Program-made: the position numbers and the translations under genes | Assembly: GCA_963813815.1 (NCBI GenBank) | Contig: CAWFAD010000006.1 | Location: forward strand, 37,719-101,718 | Length of the DNA: 64,000 bases | Direction: 5' to 3' | Source: an uncultured bacterium | GTDB taxonomy: Bacteria; Krumholzibacteriota; Krumholzibacteriia; Krumholzibacteriales; Krumholzibacteriaceae | In this document: positions 12,565 through 22,715 of the stretch, piece by piece | Numbering within the stretch: position 1 is the first letter of the stretch | Layout of the letters: each line of letters opens with the position of its first letter | The notes under the pieces: model-generated | Databases searched by the model: none | What the model was told of the DNA's origin: nothing | Seen by the model: only the letters and a program-made list of their open reading frames with translations

Positions 12565-13311
12565 ATGAACGATCCCCGCGGCGATAAGGTTCTCGGCTAC
12601 TACGGCTTTCCGCGGCGCGAAGCGCTCCGCGAGGCGCGTAAGACGTTCGGCGCGGCCCTTCTTCTCGTCGACCTCGACGTCGACCGCGGCGCTCCCGGCG
12701 CGGGAGCGCTTCCCCAGACGACCTGCCGCATCGTCGCGAACATCATCGACAACGCCGTGGATCTCGGGCCGCGGCTCGCGGCGATCGTCGCCTCCGTGGG
12801 CGAGGAAAAATGCGACCGGGGGCGGCACGCGGCACGGCTGCTCGAGCGCATGGGGTTCACCGTCGTCGAGTCGCGCTGGCGCGAGGAGGAGAACGAGAAG
12901 CGTCCGCTCGTTTGGGCGACGGCGCGGCTGCCGCTTCGCGAAAAAATCGACCGCATCATGGCGACGGTCGTCGATCCGTCGGCGCCGCCGGCGCCGCCCG
13001 GGCGCTGCGCTCCGACGCACGGATTCTGGGGCGTTCCGCCGCACGATTTCCGGCTGCTCGACCTTTTTCCCGAGACGACGCACGCGTACGGCTGGATCCG
13101 GTGCGTCGAGGCCGGGAGGCCCGCCGATCTCGGCCTCGAGTGCTTCGTCGACGAGGGAGTGCCGACCGTATTTTTCACGCAGAGCTTTTGCGCGAAGCAG
13201 GATCTCGCGCACCATCTCGCCGAGCGGCACCGCGGCCTCGCCGTCGATTGCCACCGCGAGATCAACGATTCGATCCTCGCCAAGGTCGAGGCGTTCTTGA
13301 AGCTGTCCTGA
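12565..13311 (+). CDS. Hypothetical Cys-containing protein, possibly related to 2-hydroxyacyl-CoA dehydratase subunits
   Basis: 248 aa with spaced Cys motifs (TTCRI, KCDRGR, RCVEAG, SFCAK) directly upstream of an activator ATPase; product inferred from context. Confidence 0.6.
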   Translation: MNDPRGDKVLGYYGFPRREALREARKTFGAALLLVDLDVDRGAPGAGALPQTTCRIVANIIDNAVDLGPRLAAIVASVGEEKCDRGRHAARLLERMGFTVVESRWREEENEKRPLVWATARLPLREKIDRIMATVVDPSAPPAPPGRCAPTHGFWGVPPHDFRLLDLFPETTHAYGWIRCVEAGRPADLGLECFVDEGVPTVFFTQSFCAKQDLAHHLAERHRGLAVDCHREINDSILAKVEAFLKLS

Positions 13312-13320
13312 GGGCGCGGC

Positions 13321-13985
13321 ATGATCATAGCGGACTGCGGCAGCACGTGGACGAAGATACGCGACCTCGATTCGGGCGCGCTCGAGATCATCTCCACGAA
13401 GGATCTCGTTCGCCGGAGAGGCGTCGTCTTCGACGTCGCGACGGGCCACTCGGGAAAGAACCGCTGCCGTCTCTACCGGAACGAGCTCGTCGCGCTCGCC
13501 GAGGGGGGCTCGCCCTCGTCGAGGAGGAGGACTTTTCCCTTGTCGACGTCGGCGGAAGGGACATAAAATTCATTCGATTCCGCGGGCGGAAGGTCGAAAA
13601 GCTCGACTGGAACCTCGCGTGCGGCTCGACGACGGGCGCCACTCTCGAGCTTCTCGGGGGCTACTACGACGTGGATTTCGCGTCCCTGCCGCCGGCCGAC
13701 CGCTGGGTCAACGTCACCTGCGGGGTCTTCGGCATGGAGAAGGTGCTCGAGCAGATCTCGCTCGGCACCTCCCCCGAAGCGAGCGTCGCGATGTTCCTCC
13801 ACGGGCTCGTGCGGAACGTCGTCGAGTTCATCGGGCGCCCGGAGCATTTCTACCTTTCGGGAGGCTTCTGCGAGAACCCCTGCTTTCTCGGGACCGCCGC
13901 GCGCTACTGCCGCGTGACGCCGCTCGGCCGCACGGTGCTTCTCGACGGGCTCGTTTCGGCGGGGGAGAAGGGAGAGGACTCGTGA
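13321..13985 (+). CDS. BadF/BadG/BcrA/BcrD (ASKHA) ATPase, CoA-substrate enzyme activase-like; frameshifted at a G-run near 13505
   Basis: DCGSTWTK, ATGH, NE in one frame, then DVGGRDIK, WNLACG, TCGVF, LSGG in the next; break in homopolymer GAGGGGGGCT. Confidence 0.8.
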
Positions 13986-15604
13986 GGGATCGTCGCGCGC
14001 GCATCGTCGTCATCGCCACGCTCTGCGCCGTCGCCGCCGCTGCGGCCTCGTGCGCGCTTTTCGAGAAGCGTCCTCCCCGTGTGCTCGAGCCCGCTCCCGG
14101 GACCGCCGGTGGCGCGCTCGACGCGGCCGCCGCCTTCGTTTCGCCGGAGGACAAGGTCCCCGGCTTCTTCAAGAAAACGCTCGACGCCTGCGGCGTTCTC
14201 GCCGTTCAGGTCGTCGTCCGGAACGGCGGCGGCGCGCCGCTCCTCGTTCACACCTCGAACGGCATGGAGTTGGGAGCCGGGTTCGCGGGCGCGCGGCTCG
14301 TGTGCGGCGGCGACACCCTGAATCCCCTTCATCCCGGCGAGGTAACCGCGATACTCGCCGGAGCGCGCCGGACAAAGGGGTACCGCCATCCCGGGTCTTT
14401 CGAAATGGTCGCGAGTCCCATAATCCCGCCGGTCGGGCTCTACATGATCTACAAGGAAGCGAGCGTCGGGAGGTTCTACCGGCCGCTCTTCAACCGTTCC
14501 TTCTATCCGGCGCTCCGGGGCGGCTGTCTCGGCGCCGTTCGTCTGGAGCCGGGAGAGGAGCGCCGCGGATGGCTCTACTTCGAGTCTCCGCCGGGCGGGC
14601 GGCGAGAGGCGTGCGAGCTCCTGCTCGGCGCCTGCGTTCCGCTCGCCGTGCCCGATACGATCGAGGGGTACGAGTTCGAGTTCTCCCGCGAGGAAGGGCC
14701 GTCCGCCGGCGGATATCTTTTCGCCCTCGTCCGCGAGGGCAAACGCAGCGGGCTCATGCGCGTGAGCGTGAAGTCCCTCCTCGACGATCCGGAAGCGCTC
14801 CCCGAGCGCGTCGCCGGAGTCGCGGCGAAAGCGGCGGCGATCGCGGACGTTTCGAGCCTCGGCGAACGAACGGTTGTCGCGCTCAACTTCACCTCCACTT
14901 CTCGTGCGATCGTGCTGGGCGGCGGCGCCTCGCCGGGCGAAAGCGGCGGCCGCGCTTTCTCCCGCGCGATCAAGCGGGTCTTTCCCGTCGCGGACGGAAC
15001 GTGCGTCGTCACGGAGAACGGCTTCGCGCATTTCTTCGACGAGGAGACGCGCGAAGGCGTGCCCGGAACCAAGCTCACCCGCGGCTTCGACGAGGTCGCT
15101 CTGGATCGCGGACGGCTCTTCGTTTTCACCCGGGACAAGGGGCTCATGGTGTTCGACGTCGCGGAGGGATCCCGGTTCTCGCTCGTCGAGAAACGAAATC
15201 TCTCGCGGGGAGATCGGAGCGTCTCTGGCGCGCTCGGGGGCTCCCTCGCGCTCGTGAGCCGCGGCGCTTCGCTCGCCGGCGATACGCTTTCGTTCTTCGA
15301 TCTCGACGGAAAGGCGGAGAGCCGCCGCGGCGCTCTCGCCGGGAGGGTGGTTCGCGCATCGACGTCGGGGTCGAGCGTCGTCCTCCAGCTCGAGGACGGC
15401 ACGGTGCTCCGGCTCGCGGCGGGCCCGCTCGGATCGTTCCGCATCGTCGAGGCGGGCTGGCTGCCCTTCGGGGCTCGCGCCTTGAAGGCGCTGGACGAGG
15501 CGTTCATCGCCGTCGGCGCCGCCGGAGAGATCGCTTCCGGCAAAATCGCCGCCTACCGGCCCGGCTCGCGGGGCGCCATCGAGACATCCGTCAGGGTCGA
15601 GTAA
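13982..15604 (+). CDS. Hypothetical lipoprotein with beta-rich C-terminal region
   Basis: GTG start overlapping the previous stop; signal-like RARIVVIATLCAVAAAAASC. Confidence 0.65.
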   Translation: MRDRRARIVVIATLCAVAAAAASCALFEKRPPRVLEPAPGTAGGALDAAAAFVSPEDKVPGFFKKTLDACGVLAVQVVVRNGGGAPLLVHTSNGMELGAGFAGARLVCGGDTLNPLHPGEVTAILAGARRTKGYRHPGSFEMVASPIIPPVGLYMIYKEASVGRFYRPLFNRSFYPALRGGCLGAVRLEPGEERRGWLYFESPPGGRREACELLLGACVPLAVPDTIEGYEFEFSREEGPSAGGYLFALVREGKRSGLMRVSVKSLLDDPEALPERVAGVAAKAAAIADVSSLGERTVVALNFTSTSRAIVLGGGASPGESGGRAFSRAIKRVFPVADGTCVVTENGFAHFFDEETREGVPGTKLTRGFDEVALDRGRLFVFTRDKGLMVFDVAEGSRFSLVEKRNLSRGDRSVSGALGGSLALVSRGASLAGDTLSFFDLDGKAESRRGALAGRVVRASTSGSSVVLQLEDGTVLRLAAGPLGSFRIVEAGWLPFGARALKALDEAFIAVGAAGEIASGKIAAYRPGSRGAIETSVRVE

Positions 15605-15622
15605 CGGGAAGGACGCGGCGCC

Positions 15623-16252
15623 ATGAACCGAAAGCGGGCGACACTCGACGAAATCGTCGCGACCTTCTCCGATCATATTTCGAAGAGCTACCCTTCGCCC
15701 GCCGATTTCCGCAGCAATTTCGACATTCTGCTCTGGGGCAAGCGCGACCGGTGCGACGCCCGCGACTACGCGGTCTACCTCGAGAAGAACATAGTCTATC
15801 TCGGCATTCTCGTGGAAGAAGCTCTGGGGCTCGCGGGACGCCTCCTCGATCCCGCCGAACCGCTCGACGAGACCGGGCTTCCGGCCGCTCTCGACTCCAT
15901 CGAGAAGACCGCCCGCGCCTCGACTGGAAAGCGCCACGAGCGCGCGTTCGTCGAGCGCGGGGATCCGGCCCTTCGCGACCTTGCCGAGGGGCGGGAGGAA
16001 GGCAGCGGCTACGTCGAGAAGCTCGAGTTCAACTATCGCTATCTCATGACGCTGCGGCTCTTTATCTTCGAGTTCATTTCGGTGCTCGCGGCGGTGCGGG
16101 TCGAATGCGACGTGGCGCCGGCCGAGCCGGGGGATATCCCGAGGATTCGAGACCAGATCGGCGTTATCGCCAACTATTACATCGGCAACGTCTCGGTGAG
16201 CGAGCGGGGCGCCCCCTCCCCGGAGAGCCCCGGGGGATCATCTTTTTCTTGA
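15623..16252 (+). CDS. Hypothetical protein
   Basis: 209-aa ORF with host codon bias and upstream AAGGA; no recognised motif. Confidence 0.65.
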   Translation: MNRKRATLDEIVATFSDHISKSYPSPADFRSNFDILLWGKRDRCDARDYAVYLEKNIVYLGILVEEALGLAGRLLDPAEPLDETGLPAALDSIEKTARASTGKRHERAFVERGDPALRDLAEGREEGSGYVEKLEFNYRYLMTLRLFIFEFISVLAAVRVECDVAPAEPGDIPRIRDQIGVIANYYIGNVSVSERGAPSPESPGGSSFS

Positions 16253-16327
16253 AAAGCCGGTCCGGGACGGAGTATCTTTCACCGGTATCCCGGCAACGAG
16301 CGATCGAAGCGGACGAGGAGAGTCTCG

Positions 16328-16909
16328 ATGAAAGGAACGTTTGTGCAATCGAAAGCCGTTCATGTAGGAGCGATTTCGCTCACTTCGTCCGCCGTGCCCG
16401 GGGCCATGAGGCGCGTCCTCGGCATATGCGCGTTCGCGGGATTCACCGCTGCGGCGGCCCAGTTCGCCGTGCGGCTCCCGTTCACCCCCGTTCCGGTGAC
16501 GCTCCAGACGCTCTTCGTGGCGCTCGCCGGGATCATGCTGGGCCCGCGGGACGGCTTCATCGCGATGATCGCGTATCTCGGAGCCGGCCTCGCGGGGGCG
16601 CCGGTATTCGCGGGTTTCGCCTTCGGTCCATGGACGCTCGTGGGGCCGACGGGAGGCTACCTCGTCGCTTTCCCCGCCGCCGCGCTCGTTTCCGGAGCGA
16701 TCGCGGGGCGGATCGGGCGGGGACGCGCCGCCGTCGCCGCCGCGACGCTCGCGGGGAGCGGCGTCATTCTCCTCGCCGGCGCATCCTACCTCGCGCTTCT
16801 CTCGGGTCTCTCCCTCGGCGGCGTCGTCGCCGCGGGCATCCTGCCCTTCGCGGCGGGAGAGATCGCCAAATCAGCCGCCGCGGCGTGCGTCGTCCCGCTT
16901 TCGGAGTGA
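16328..16909 (+). CDS. bioY: Biotin transporter BioY
   Basis: PFTPVPVTLQT, YLGAGLAGAPVFAG, GPTGGYL signature. Confidence 0.92.
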   Translation: MKGTFVQSKAVHVGAISLTSSAVPGAMRRVLGICAFAGFTAAAAQFAVRLPFTPVPVTLQTLFVALAGIMLGPRDGFIAMIAYLGAGLAGAPVFAGFAFGPWTLVGPTGGYLVAFPAAALVSGAIAGRIGRGRAAVAAATLAGSGVILLAGASYLALLSGLSLGGVVAAGILPFAAGEIAKSAAAACVVPLSE

Positions 16910-16961
16910 CGGCTCGCGCTTCCGCGGGCGCTCGCTCGATCTCTCGGCGCGGCGAGAGGCC

Positions 16962-17450
16962 CTACGAGCCGGCGAGCCTCGCGATCTCCTCTTCGGTGAA
17001 GCGGTAGAAAACCCAATCGCTCATCGCCCGCGCCCCGAGGTGCTCGTAGAAGCCGCGCGCCGGATTCCAGTCGAGGACCGCGAACTCCAGTCTCCCGAAA
17101 CCGCTCGATTTCGCCGCGCCGGCGATGTGTCGCAGGAGCGCCCGGCCGATTCCGGACCGGCGGAACTCGGGCCGGACGTAGATGTCCTCTATGTAGATTC
17201 CGGGGCGCCCGACGAAGGTCGAGAAGTTCTCGAAGTAAACGGCGAAGCCGGCCGGAACCTCCCCCCGGTACGCGAGGATGGCCTTCGCGGCAGGCCTCCG
17301 CCCGAAGAGGCTCTCGCGAATCGTCTCTTCCGTCGCCACGACCTCGTGGGAGATCTTCTCGAACTCGGCGAGCTCCCGTATGAGCTGAAAGACGAGGGGC
17401 GCGTCCGCCGCCTCCGCCTTTCGCACCGCGATCGCCGCGTCGTCATGCAT
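16962..17450 (-). CDS. GNAT N-acetyltransferase (spermidine/diamine acetyltransferase-like)
   Basis: IRELAEFEK, FSTFVGRPGIYIEDIYVRPEFRRSGIG, VLDWNP..FYEHLGA. Confidence 0.9.
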   Translation of the reverse strand: MHDDAAIAVRKAEAADAPLVFQLIRELAEFEKISHEVVATEETIRESLFGRRPAAKAILAYRGEVPAGFAVYFENFSTFVGRPGIYIEDIYVRPEFRRSGIGRALLRHIAGAAKSSGFGRLEFAVLDWNPARGFYEHLGARAMSDWVFYRFTEEEIARLAGS

Positions 17451-17524
17451 CGTATCGGTACCTCCGCTTTTGCAGGAAGCCGCCTTGCGCGCTCCAGCGC
17501 GCGGCGCGTTCCCTTTTTTGAGTG

Positions 17525-17553
17525 TTGACAGCCTCGCAAAACGGGCATAGAAT
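17525..17553 (+). promoter_or_regulatory. Near-consensus sigma70 promoter with no long downstream ORF
   Basis: TTGACA (17525-17530), 17 nt spacer, TAGAAT (17548-17553). Confidence 0.7.
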
Positions 17554-17559
17554 ACTATT

Positions 17560-17703
17560 CAGAAGAGGTGCCGCGCCGGGCCCAGAACTGAAGTGAAGCC
17601 CCGCCGGAAGAGCGGGAGAACGAAAATGCCCCGCGACATCTCGGATCCTCATAGTGAGACGCCACGGATTTTCTAAATGCCTCATGGAAACCCGTGGCGT
17701 TCA
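17560..17703 (+). ncRNA. Putative structured small RNA (or mini-ORF transcript)
   Basis: Follows the promoter; GAGGTG-C-CGCG-CC-GGGC pairs with GCCC-CGCG-A-CATCTC around an internal CCCGC/GCGGG hairpin; ends in hairpin GACGCCACGG/CCGTGGCGTT. Confidence 0.4.
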
Positions 17704-18951
17704 TTATGTTCCGCCGGAGGATGAGGCGCCGCCGCGCGCCGCGAGATCCTCGAGCACGGCGAGCTCCCTCCCGATCCGTTCGTCCCACGACATGAAATAG
17801 CCCCGCCCGAAGGACGCTGCCTGCCGTCCGAGACGCTCGCGCAGCTCGCCGTCGCGAACGAGGCGTTCGAGCGCGCGGGCGAACCCGCCGACGTCGCCGT
17901 TCGCCACGAGAAGCCCCGTTTCGCCGTCGCGCACCACCTCGGCCGTGCCCGAGACGTCGAACGCCACGACCGGCACGCCGCAGAGGATCGCCTCGCTGGG
18001 CGGGAGCGACATGTTCGTGAGCTCGTTCGTGGCCGCGAAGACGTCCGACGCCTTGAGGAAATCGACGACGTTGCGATGGGGGATGACCCCCGTGAAAATA
18101 ACGCGGTCCGCGAGGCCGAGCCGGCGCGCTTCCGATTCCAAAAACGCCCGCTCGGGTCCGTCCCCGCCGATCACGATCGCCGTTCGCTCGAGGAGACCCG
18201 GGTCCATCATGGTGGCGGCTCGCAGCAGAAGCTCGATGCGCTTCGATTTCACGAGGCGCGAGAAGGTAACGATGAGGATCCGGTCGAGCGGCAGACGAAG
18301 GGCCCGGCGCGCCTCGTCGCGATCGACCGCGGCGTCGGCCCACTCGGTATCCATGCCGTTCGGGAGAAACGATATCTTGCCGGGAGGGATGCCGAGGCGG
18401 GTGAGCGCCATCTCCCCCCTCGTGCCGTCGTTGAGGATGATGTAGCGGTCGACGGAGCTCCGCAGCGCGATGAGCTGCTCGATGCTCTTCCAATGGTACT
18501 TGATCCGCGGGAAGTCGAACCGGTCGAGATACATGACCCCGAAGAGCTTGACGGCGGTCGGAATGCCGAGCTTTCGGCCGACGCGGTTGAGGGGATAGAA
18601 GGAGTAGTGCGTGAAGCCGAGGAGGACGTCGGGGCGTATCTCGGCGGCGAGCCGCTCGAGGCGCGCCGTCGCGACGACGGGGTGCGCCATCGGCCAGAGA
18701 AACCGGCGCATGATTTTCGGGAACGGCTCGAAGGCGCGGAAGACGTTCGGGTACGTGTGATACGTGAGGAGCGAGTCGCGCAGCGTCTCCCGCTTCGCGC
18801 GCGGTTTCGGAATGAGAAAGTGGAGCTCGATCCCCCGCTGCGTGGCGTGCCGGATGAACTGGAGCTCGTCGGCCACGCCGCACCCCTCGCCGAGCGACCA
18901 GATGTCCTCCCAGATCGAGAGGATGAGGATCTTCTTGAGCCTGCCCGCCAC
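17704..18951 (-). CDS. Glycosyltransferase family 4 (GT-B)
   Basis: PNGMD, SRLVKSKR, GDGPER, EAILCGVPVVAFDVSGTAEVVRDGETGLLV. Confidence 0.92.
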   Translation of the reverse strand: MAGRLKKILILSIWEDIWSLGEGCGVADELQFIRHATQRGIELHFLIPKPRAKRETLRDSLLTYHTYPNVFRAFEPFPKIMRRFLWPMAHPVVATARLERLAAEIRPDVLLGFTHYSFYPLNRVGRKLGIPTAVKLFGVMYLDRFDFPRIKYHWKSIEQLIALRSSVDRYIILNDGTRGEMALTRLGIPPGKISFLPNGMDTEWADAAVDRDEARRALRLPLDRILIVTFSRLVKSKRIELLLRAATMMDPGLLERTAIVIGGDGPERAFLESEARRLGLADRVIFTGVIPHRNVVDFLKASDVFAATNELTNMSLPPSEAILCGVPVVAFDVSGTAEVVRDGETGLLVANGDVGGFARALERLVRDGELRERLGRQAASFGRGYFMSWDERIGRELAVLEDLAARGGASSSGGT

Positions 18952-18955
18952 GAGG

Positions 18956-20824
18956 TCACCTCTTGCCCGCGGGAGGGATGAGCTCCGCGAGCCGGCGATG
19001 GAGCTCGCGCGCGTCGACGAAGCCGGCGACCCGGAGGTCTTCGCGCTCCTTCCCCGCGGCGTCGATGAATATGATGGTGGGGACGCTCCGCACGGAGAAG
19101 CGGTCGTTGAGGGCCGTCTCCGCCGGCCCCGATTTCGTGAGATCGACGCGCAGCGGCACGGCGTCGCGGGCGAGCTCGACGACCGCCCCGTCGGTGAAGG
19201 TCTTCTTGTCGAGCTCGTGGCACGGAATGCACCACGCCGCCGAGAAATCGATGAGGACGGGCTTTCCGTCGCGGGACGCGGCGGCGAGCGCCTCCTCGCT
19301 GAAGGGCCGCCAAGGAATGCCGGGCTTCTCGGTCACGAGCGTTCCCCGCAGCGCGGGAATGATGAAGACCGTGACCGCGACCGCGATGCAGGCGACGCCG
19401 ACGGCGCTCCGGAGCGTCCTGAAGAATCTCCCGGCCGCGGCCGTCCGGGCCATCCACCCGAGGTAGACGCCGCCGATGACCGCGACGGCCGCGTACCCGA
19501 AGGCGGCGAGGCGCGGCCCGAGGAGATTGCGCGCGAAGTAGAGCGCCATCCCGAAGAGGACGAACCCGAAGAGCTTCCTCACCCAGATCATCCAGTCTCC
19601 CGCGCGCGGCAGGCGGGATATGCCGCCCGAGACGGTGCCGAGAACGAGGAACGGAACGCCCATTCCCCACGCGAGCGTGAAGAACATGAGAAATCCGAGC
19701 AGCGGATTTCCCGTCTGGCCGACGTAGGTGAGCAGTCCGAGCACGGCGGGGCCGATGCACGGAGCCGCGACGAGGCCCATCGTGAGCCCCATGCCGACGG
19801 CCCCCGCGTACCCCTTTTTCGCCTTGCCCGTCCGCGTCGCGAGAAACATCGGGAGCCGGATCTCCCAGACGCCGAACATCGAGAGGGCGAGCGCCACGAG
19901 CACCGCCGCGACGAAGAGAACGACGAACGGATTCTGGAGGGCGGCGCCGAAGAGGCTCCCCGTCATCGCCGCCACGGTGCCGAGCACGCTGTAGGTGATC
20001 GACATGCCGAGCACGTAAAGGATGGCGAGCACGGCCGAGCGTCCGCTTTTTCCCTCCGCCTGCCCTCCGAAGTAGCTGACCGTGATGGGAATGAGGGGGT
20101 AGATGCAGGGGGTGAGGCTGAGGCCGAGCCCGATGAGAAAGATGGAGACGAAGGCGAGCGCGAGCCCGCGCTCCTTCACCATGGCGGCGAAATCGCCTTC
20201 GCCCCCGGCCGGCGTCGCGGGGCCGGCGTCGACGCCCTCGCCCTTCTCGTCGACGAAGGGCGGCCGGGAGAAAACGGCCGGAGAGAGCCGCTCGACGCCC
20301 TCTTCGAGCGCGCCGACCCGGATCGTGTCGACCGCGCCGGCGCTCGCCGGCTCCACGCAGGTGAGATCGTTGCATCCCTGATATTTGAGCTTCAGCGCGA
20401 TCGCGTACGATCCCGGCGGAACGGACGCGCCGATGCGCAGCACCGCTCCGAAGGTGACCGTGCCGTCATAGAGCGACATCTGCGTTTCGCTCATTTCGAG
20501 CTTGCGCATGACGGGGGCGGGATAGAGAAGGCGGACCACCTCGATCCCCTCCGGAGCGTTCACGACGAGCTCGCTCGGAATGAGGTAGCCGTCGAGGGGC
20601 TTGTTCGAGTTGATGTGCCACCCCTCGGCGATGCGCGCCGTGAGGGCGACGTATCCCGTTCCTCCCGGATGAAACACCGAGAGCGAGTGCGACACCCCGG
20701 CCGAAACGAGCCCCTCGGCGGGGATGAAAAACCCCTGGGCGAGCGCCGGCGCGGCGAACGCCGACGCGCACGCCGCGAGAACGAGCAACCGTTCGATGCG
20801 CGATGTCCATGGCCTGCGAACCAC
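18956..20824 (-). CDS. dsbD: Thiol:disulfide interchange protein DsbD (N-domain, TM domain, thioredoxin)
   Basis: YQGCNDLTC, LTPCIYPLIP, AAPCIGP, WCIPC; GTG start at 20824 after AAGGAGAGG. Confidence 0.9.
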   Translation of the reverse strand: MVRRPWTSRIERLLVLAACASAFAAPALAQGFFIPAEGLVSAGVSHSLSVFHPGGTGYVALTARIAEGWHINSNKPLDGYLIPSELVVNAPEGIEVVRLLYPAPVMRKLEMSETQMSLYDGTVTFGAVLRIGASVPPGSYAIALKLKYQGCNDLTCVEPASAGAVDTIRVGALEEGVERLSPAVFSRPPFVDEKGEGVDAGPATPAGGEGDFAAMVKERGLALAFVSIFLIGLGLSLTPCIYPLIPITVSYFGGQAEGKSGRSAVLAILYVLGMSITYSVLGTVAAMTGSLFGAALQNPFVVLFVAAVLVALALSMFGVWEIRLPMFLATRTGKAKKGYAGAVGMGLTMGLVAAPCIGPAVLGLLTYVGQTGNPLLGFLMFFTLAWGMGVPFLVLGTVSGGISRLPRAGDWMIWVRKLFGFVLFGMALYFARNLLGPRLAAFGYAAVAVIGGVYLGWMARTAAAGRFFRTLRSAVGVACIAVAVTVFIIPALRGTLVTEKPGIPWRPFSEEALAAASRDGKPVLIDFSAAWCIPCHELDKKTFTDGAVVELARDAVPLRVDLTKSGPAETALNDRFSVRSVPTIIFIDAAGKEREDLRVAGFVDARELHRRLAELIPPAGKR

Positions 20825-20840
20825 AGCCTCTCCTTTCGAG

Positions 20841-22715
20841 CTACCGGGAGTAATCGAGAACGTATACGCCCCCCGCGCCGCTCGCGACGCAGAGCAAGCG
20901 TCCCGCGGCGCACACGGCGCGCGCGTCATGCACCGTTTGGAACCGGGCGGCCTCGACGATGCGCGTCGGATCGGAAACGTCGAACGCGAAAACCCCTCTC
21001 GTGAACGCCGCGGCGAAGAGCGTGGCTCCGTCGAGGCGCACCTGCCGGGCGACCGATCCAGTCGGCGCGGACGAAACGATGCGCGGGCGCTCGCGCATCG
21101 ACACGTCCGCCGCCTTGACGCCGCGGCCGCCGTCGGCGAGATAGGCCCTGTCGCCCGCGACGACGACGTCCGCCGTCCACCCCGGCGTGTCGAGGGTCGA
21201 AACGCGCCGGGGCTCGCCGCCGTCGAGGGAGAATATATGGAGCCCCTCGTAGCCGTCGGCGACGTAGAGGTGCCGTGCGTCGGCGTCGACGCCTCGAACC
21301 TCGGAGAACTTCCCTCGCCAGACGAGCCGCGGGCGGCGGGGTTTCGACACGTCGAGGATCTCGACGCCGCCGAATCCGGCGGCGCAGTAGACGCGCTCCC
21401 CGCGAACGACGAGCGCGGATAGGTAGTGGGGCGACGCATAGGCGCCGACGAGGCGCGCCTTCCGGGGATCGCCCGCCTCGGCGACCTTGATCCCTCCGTC
21501 GCCGTCCGCGATGAGAAGCGACCCGCCGGCGAGCGCGACGCCTCTCGCGTCGCGCGTTTGCAGGTGGGAGAGCCAGGATATCGATCCGCCGCTCTCGAGC
21601 CTTCCGATGCGCACGCCGTCGTAGCCGTTCGCGAGGTAAACGGTTTCGCCCTCGACCAGAATGCCGAGCGCTATTCCGCGCGTCGGAAAGAAATCCGCGT
21701 GGCGGAGCCCTTTGCGCCCGATCGCGCAGACGTCGATGCCGTCGAGCGGCGCGATGGAGGCGACGCGGCCGGACGATACGGCGATGCGGCCGGGCTTCCG
21801 GGCGGCGGCCCCGCCGCCGCCGGACGACGCATACCGCGAACCGTACGGGCGCGGCGGCAGGCTCAGCGCCCTGCCCGCGCGCAGGCGCGCCGTCCCGCCC
21901 TCTCTCCCGACGTCGAAGGGAATGATCATCCGCGACGCGCCGAGGAGGGCTCCGGCGCCGTCCCCGGAAGCGATGTCCACGATTCCCCGGTGCCGAAACC
22001 CCTCGATCGGCCTCGGCGGGCCGGGAGCCGCGAGATCCCACGCGAGAACCCTTCCGCCGGGAGTGAGAGCGAGGAGAACGGCGTCGTGGATGACCGCATC
22101 CGTCGCGCCTTCCTCGAGATCGATCGAGGCCGCTCTCTCGAGCCATCCCGCCGCCGAGCAGCGGAAAATCTCGATCGTTCCGCCGTAGGCGACGGCGAGG
22201 ATGTCGCGCTCGGCGCACAGCGCCGAGATAGGGTGCGAGAGCTTCAGGGATTCCCTGAATCGCGGCTCGCGGGGATTCTCGAGCGTAAAGACGTGGAGGA
22301 CGCTCTTTCGCTCGTCGGACACGCAGAGGGCCCCGCCCGCCGATGCGCAGCGCATCGCCTGGGAGATTTCGCTATGATGCGTTTCGACGGGGATGACGGG
22401 ATTCGAGATATCGATCGTTCTGAGGCCGCCCGTGAAGGCGGCGACGTAAACGATCGATCCTCGAACGCACAGGTCGTACGGCTCCCCCTCGATCGCAAGG
22501 TAGGCCGGCTCGGCGAGGCGATTCGAGTCGCCGAACACCGCGACGCCGCCCCCCGTGCCGAGGACGAGCCCGTTCCCGGCGAAGACCGCGGACCGCGCCG
22601 GGCCCTGTATGAGGGAGCGCGAGAGGAGGGCGAACTCCCCCGCCGCGGCCGCGAGGGGCGCCGCGAGCGCGCTGGCGGCGACGAGATATGCGGCGATGGA
22701 GTTCCGGTGAGGCAT
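20841..22715 (-). CDS. Secreted LVIVD-repeat (beta-propeller) protein
   Basis: Signal peptide; repeats such as VYVAAFTGGLRTIDISNP, LYVADGYEGLHIF, AYLADGGRGVKAADVS. Confidence 0.8.
   Translation of the reverse strand: MPHRNSIAAYLVAASALAAPLAAAAGEFALLSRSLIQGPARSAVFAGNGLVLGTGGGVAVFGDSNRLAEPAYLAIEGEPYDLCVRGSIVYVAAFTGGLRTIDISNPVIPVETHHSEISQAMRCASAGGALCVSDERKSVLHVFTLENPREPRFRESLKLSHPISALCAERDILAVAYGGTIEIFRCSAAGWLERAASIDLEEGATDAVIHDAVLLALTPGGRVLAWDLAAPGPPRPIEGFRHRGIVDIASGDGAGALLGASRMIIPFDVGREGGTARLRAGRALSLPPRPYGSRYASSGGGGAAARKPGRIAVSSGRVASIAPLDGIDVCAIGRKGLRHADFFPTRGIALGILVEGETVYLANGYDGVRIGRLESGGSISWLSHLQTRDARGVALAGGSLLIADGDGGIKVAEAGDPRKARLVGAYASPHYLSALVVRGERVYCAAGFGGVEILDVSKPRRPRLVWRGKFSEVRGVDADARHLYVADGYEGLHIFSLDGGEPRRVSTLDTPGWTADVVVAGDRAYLADGGRGVKAADVSMRERPRIVSSAPTGSVARQVRLDGATLFAAAFTRGVFAFDVSDPTRIVEAARFQTVHDARAVCAAGRLLCVASGAGGVYVLDYSR

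Noticed and set aside
17560..17700. Lysine riboswitch (starts AGAGGTGC) or SRP RNA (GGAA-containing loop)
   Set aside because: The remaining conserved elements of either family are not visible and there is no downstream co-oriented gene
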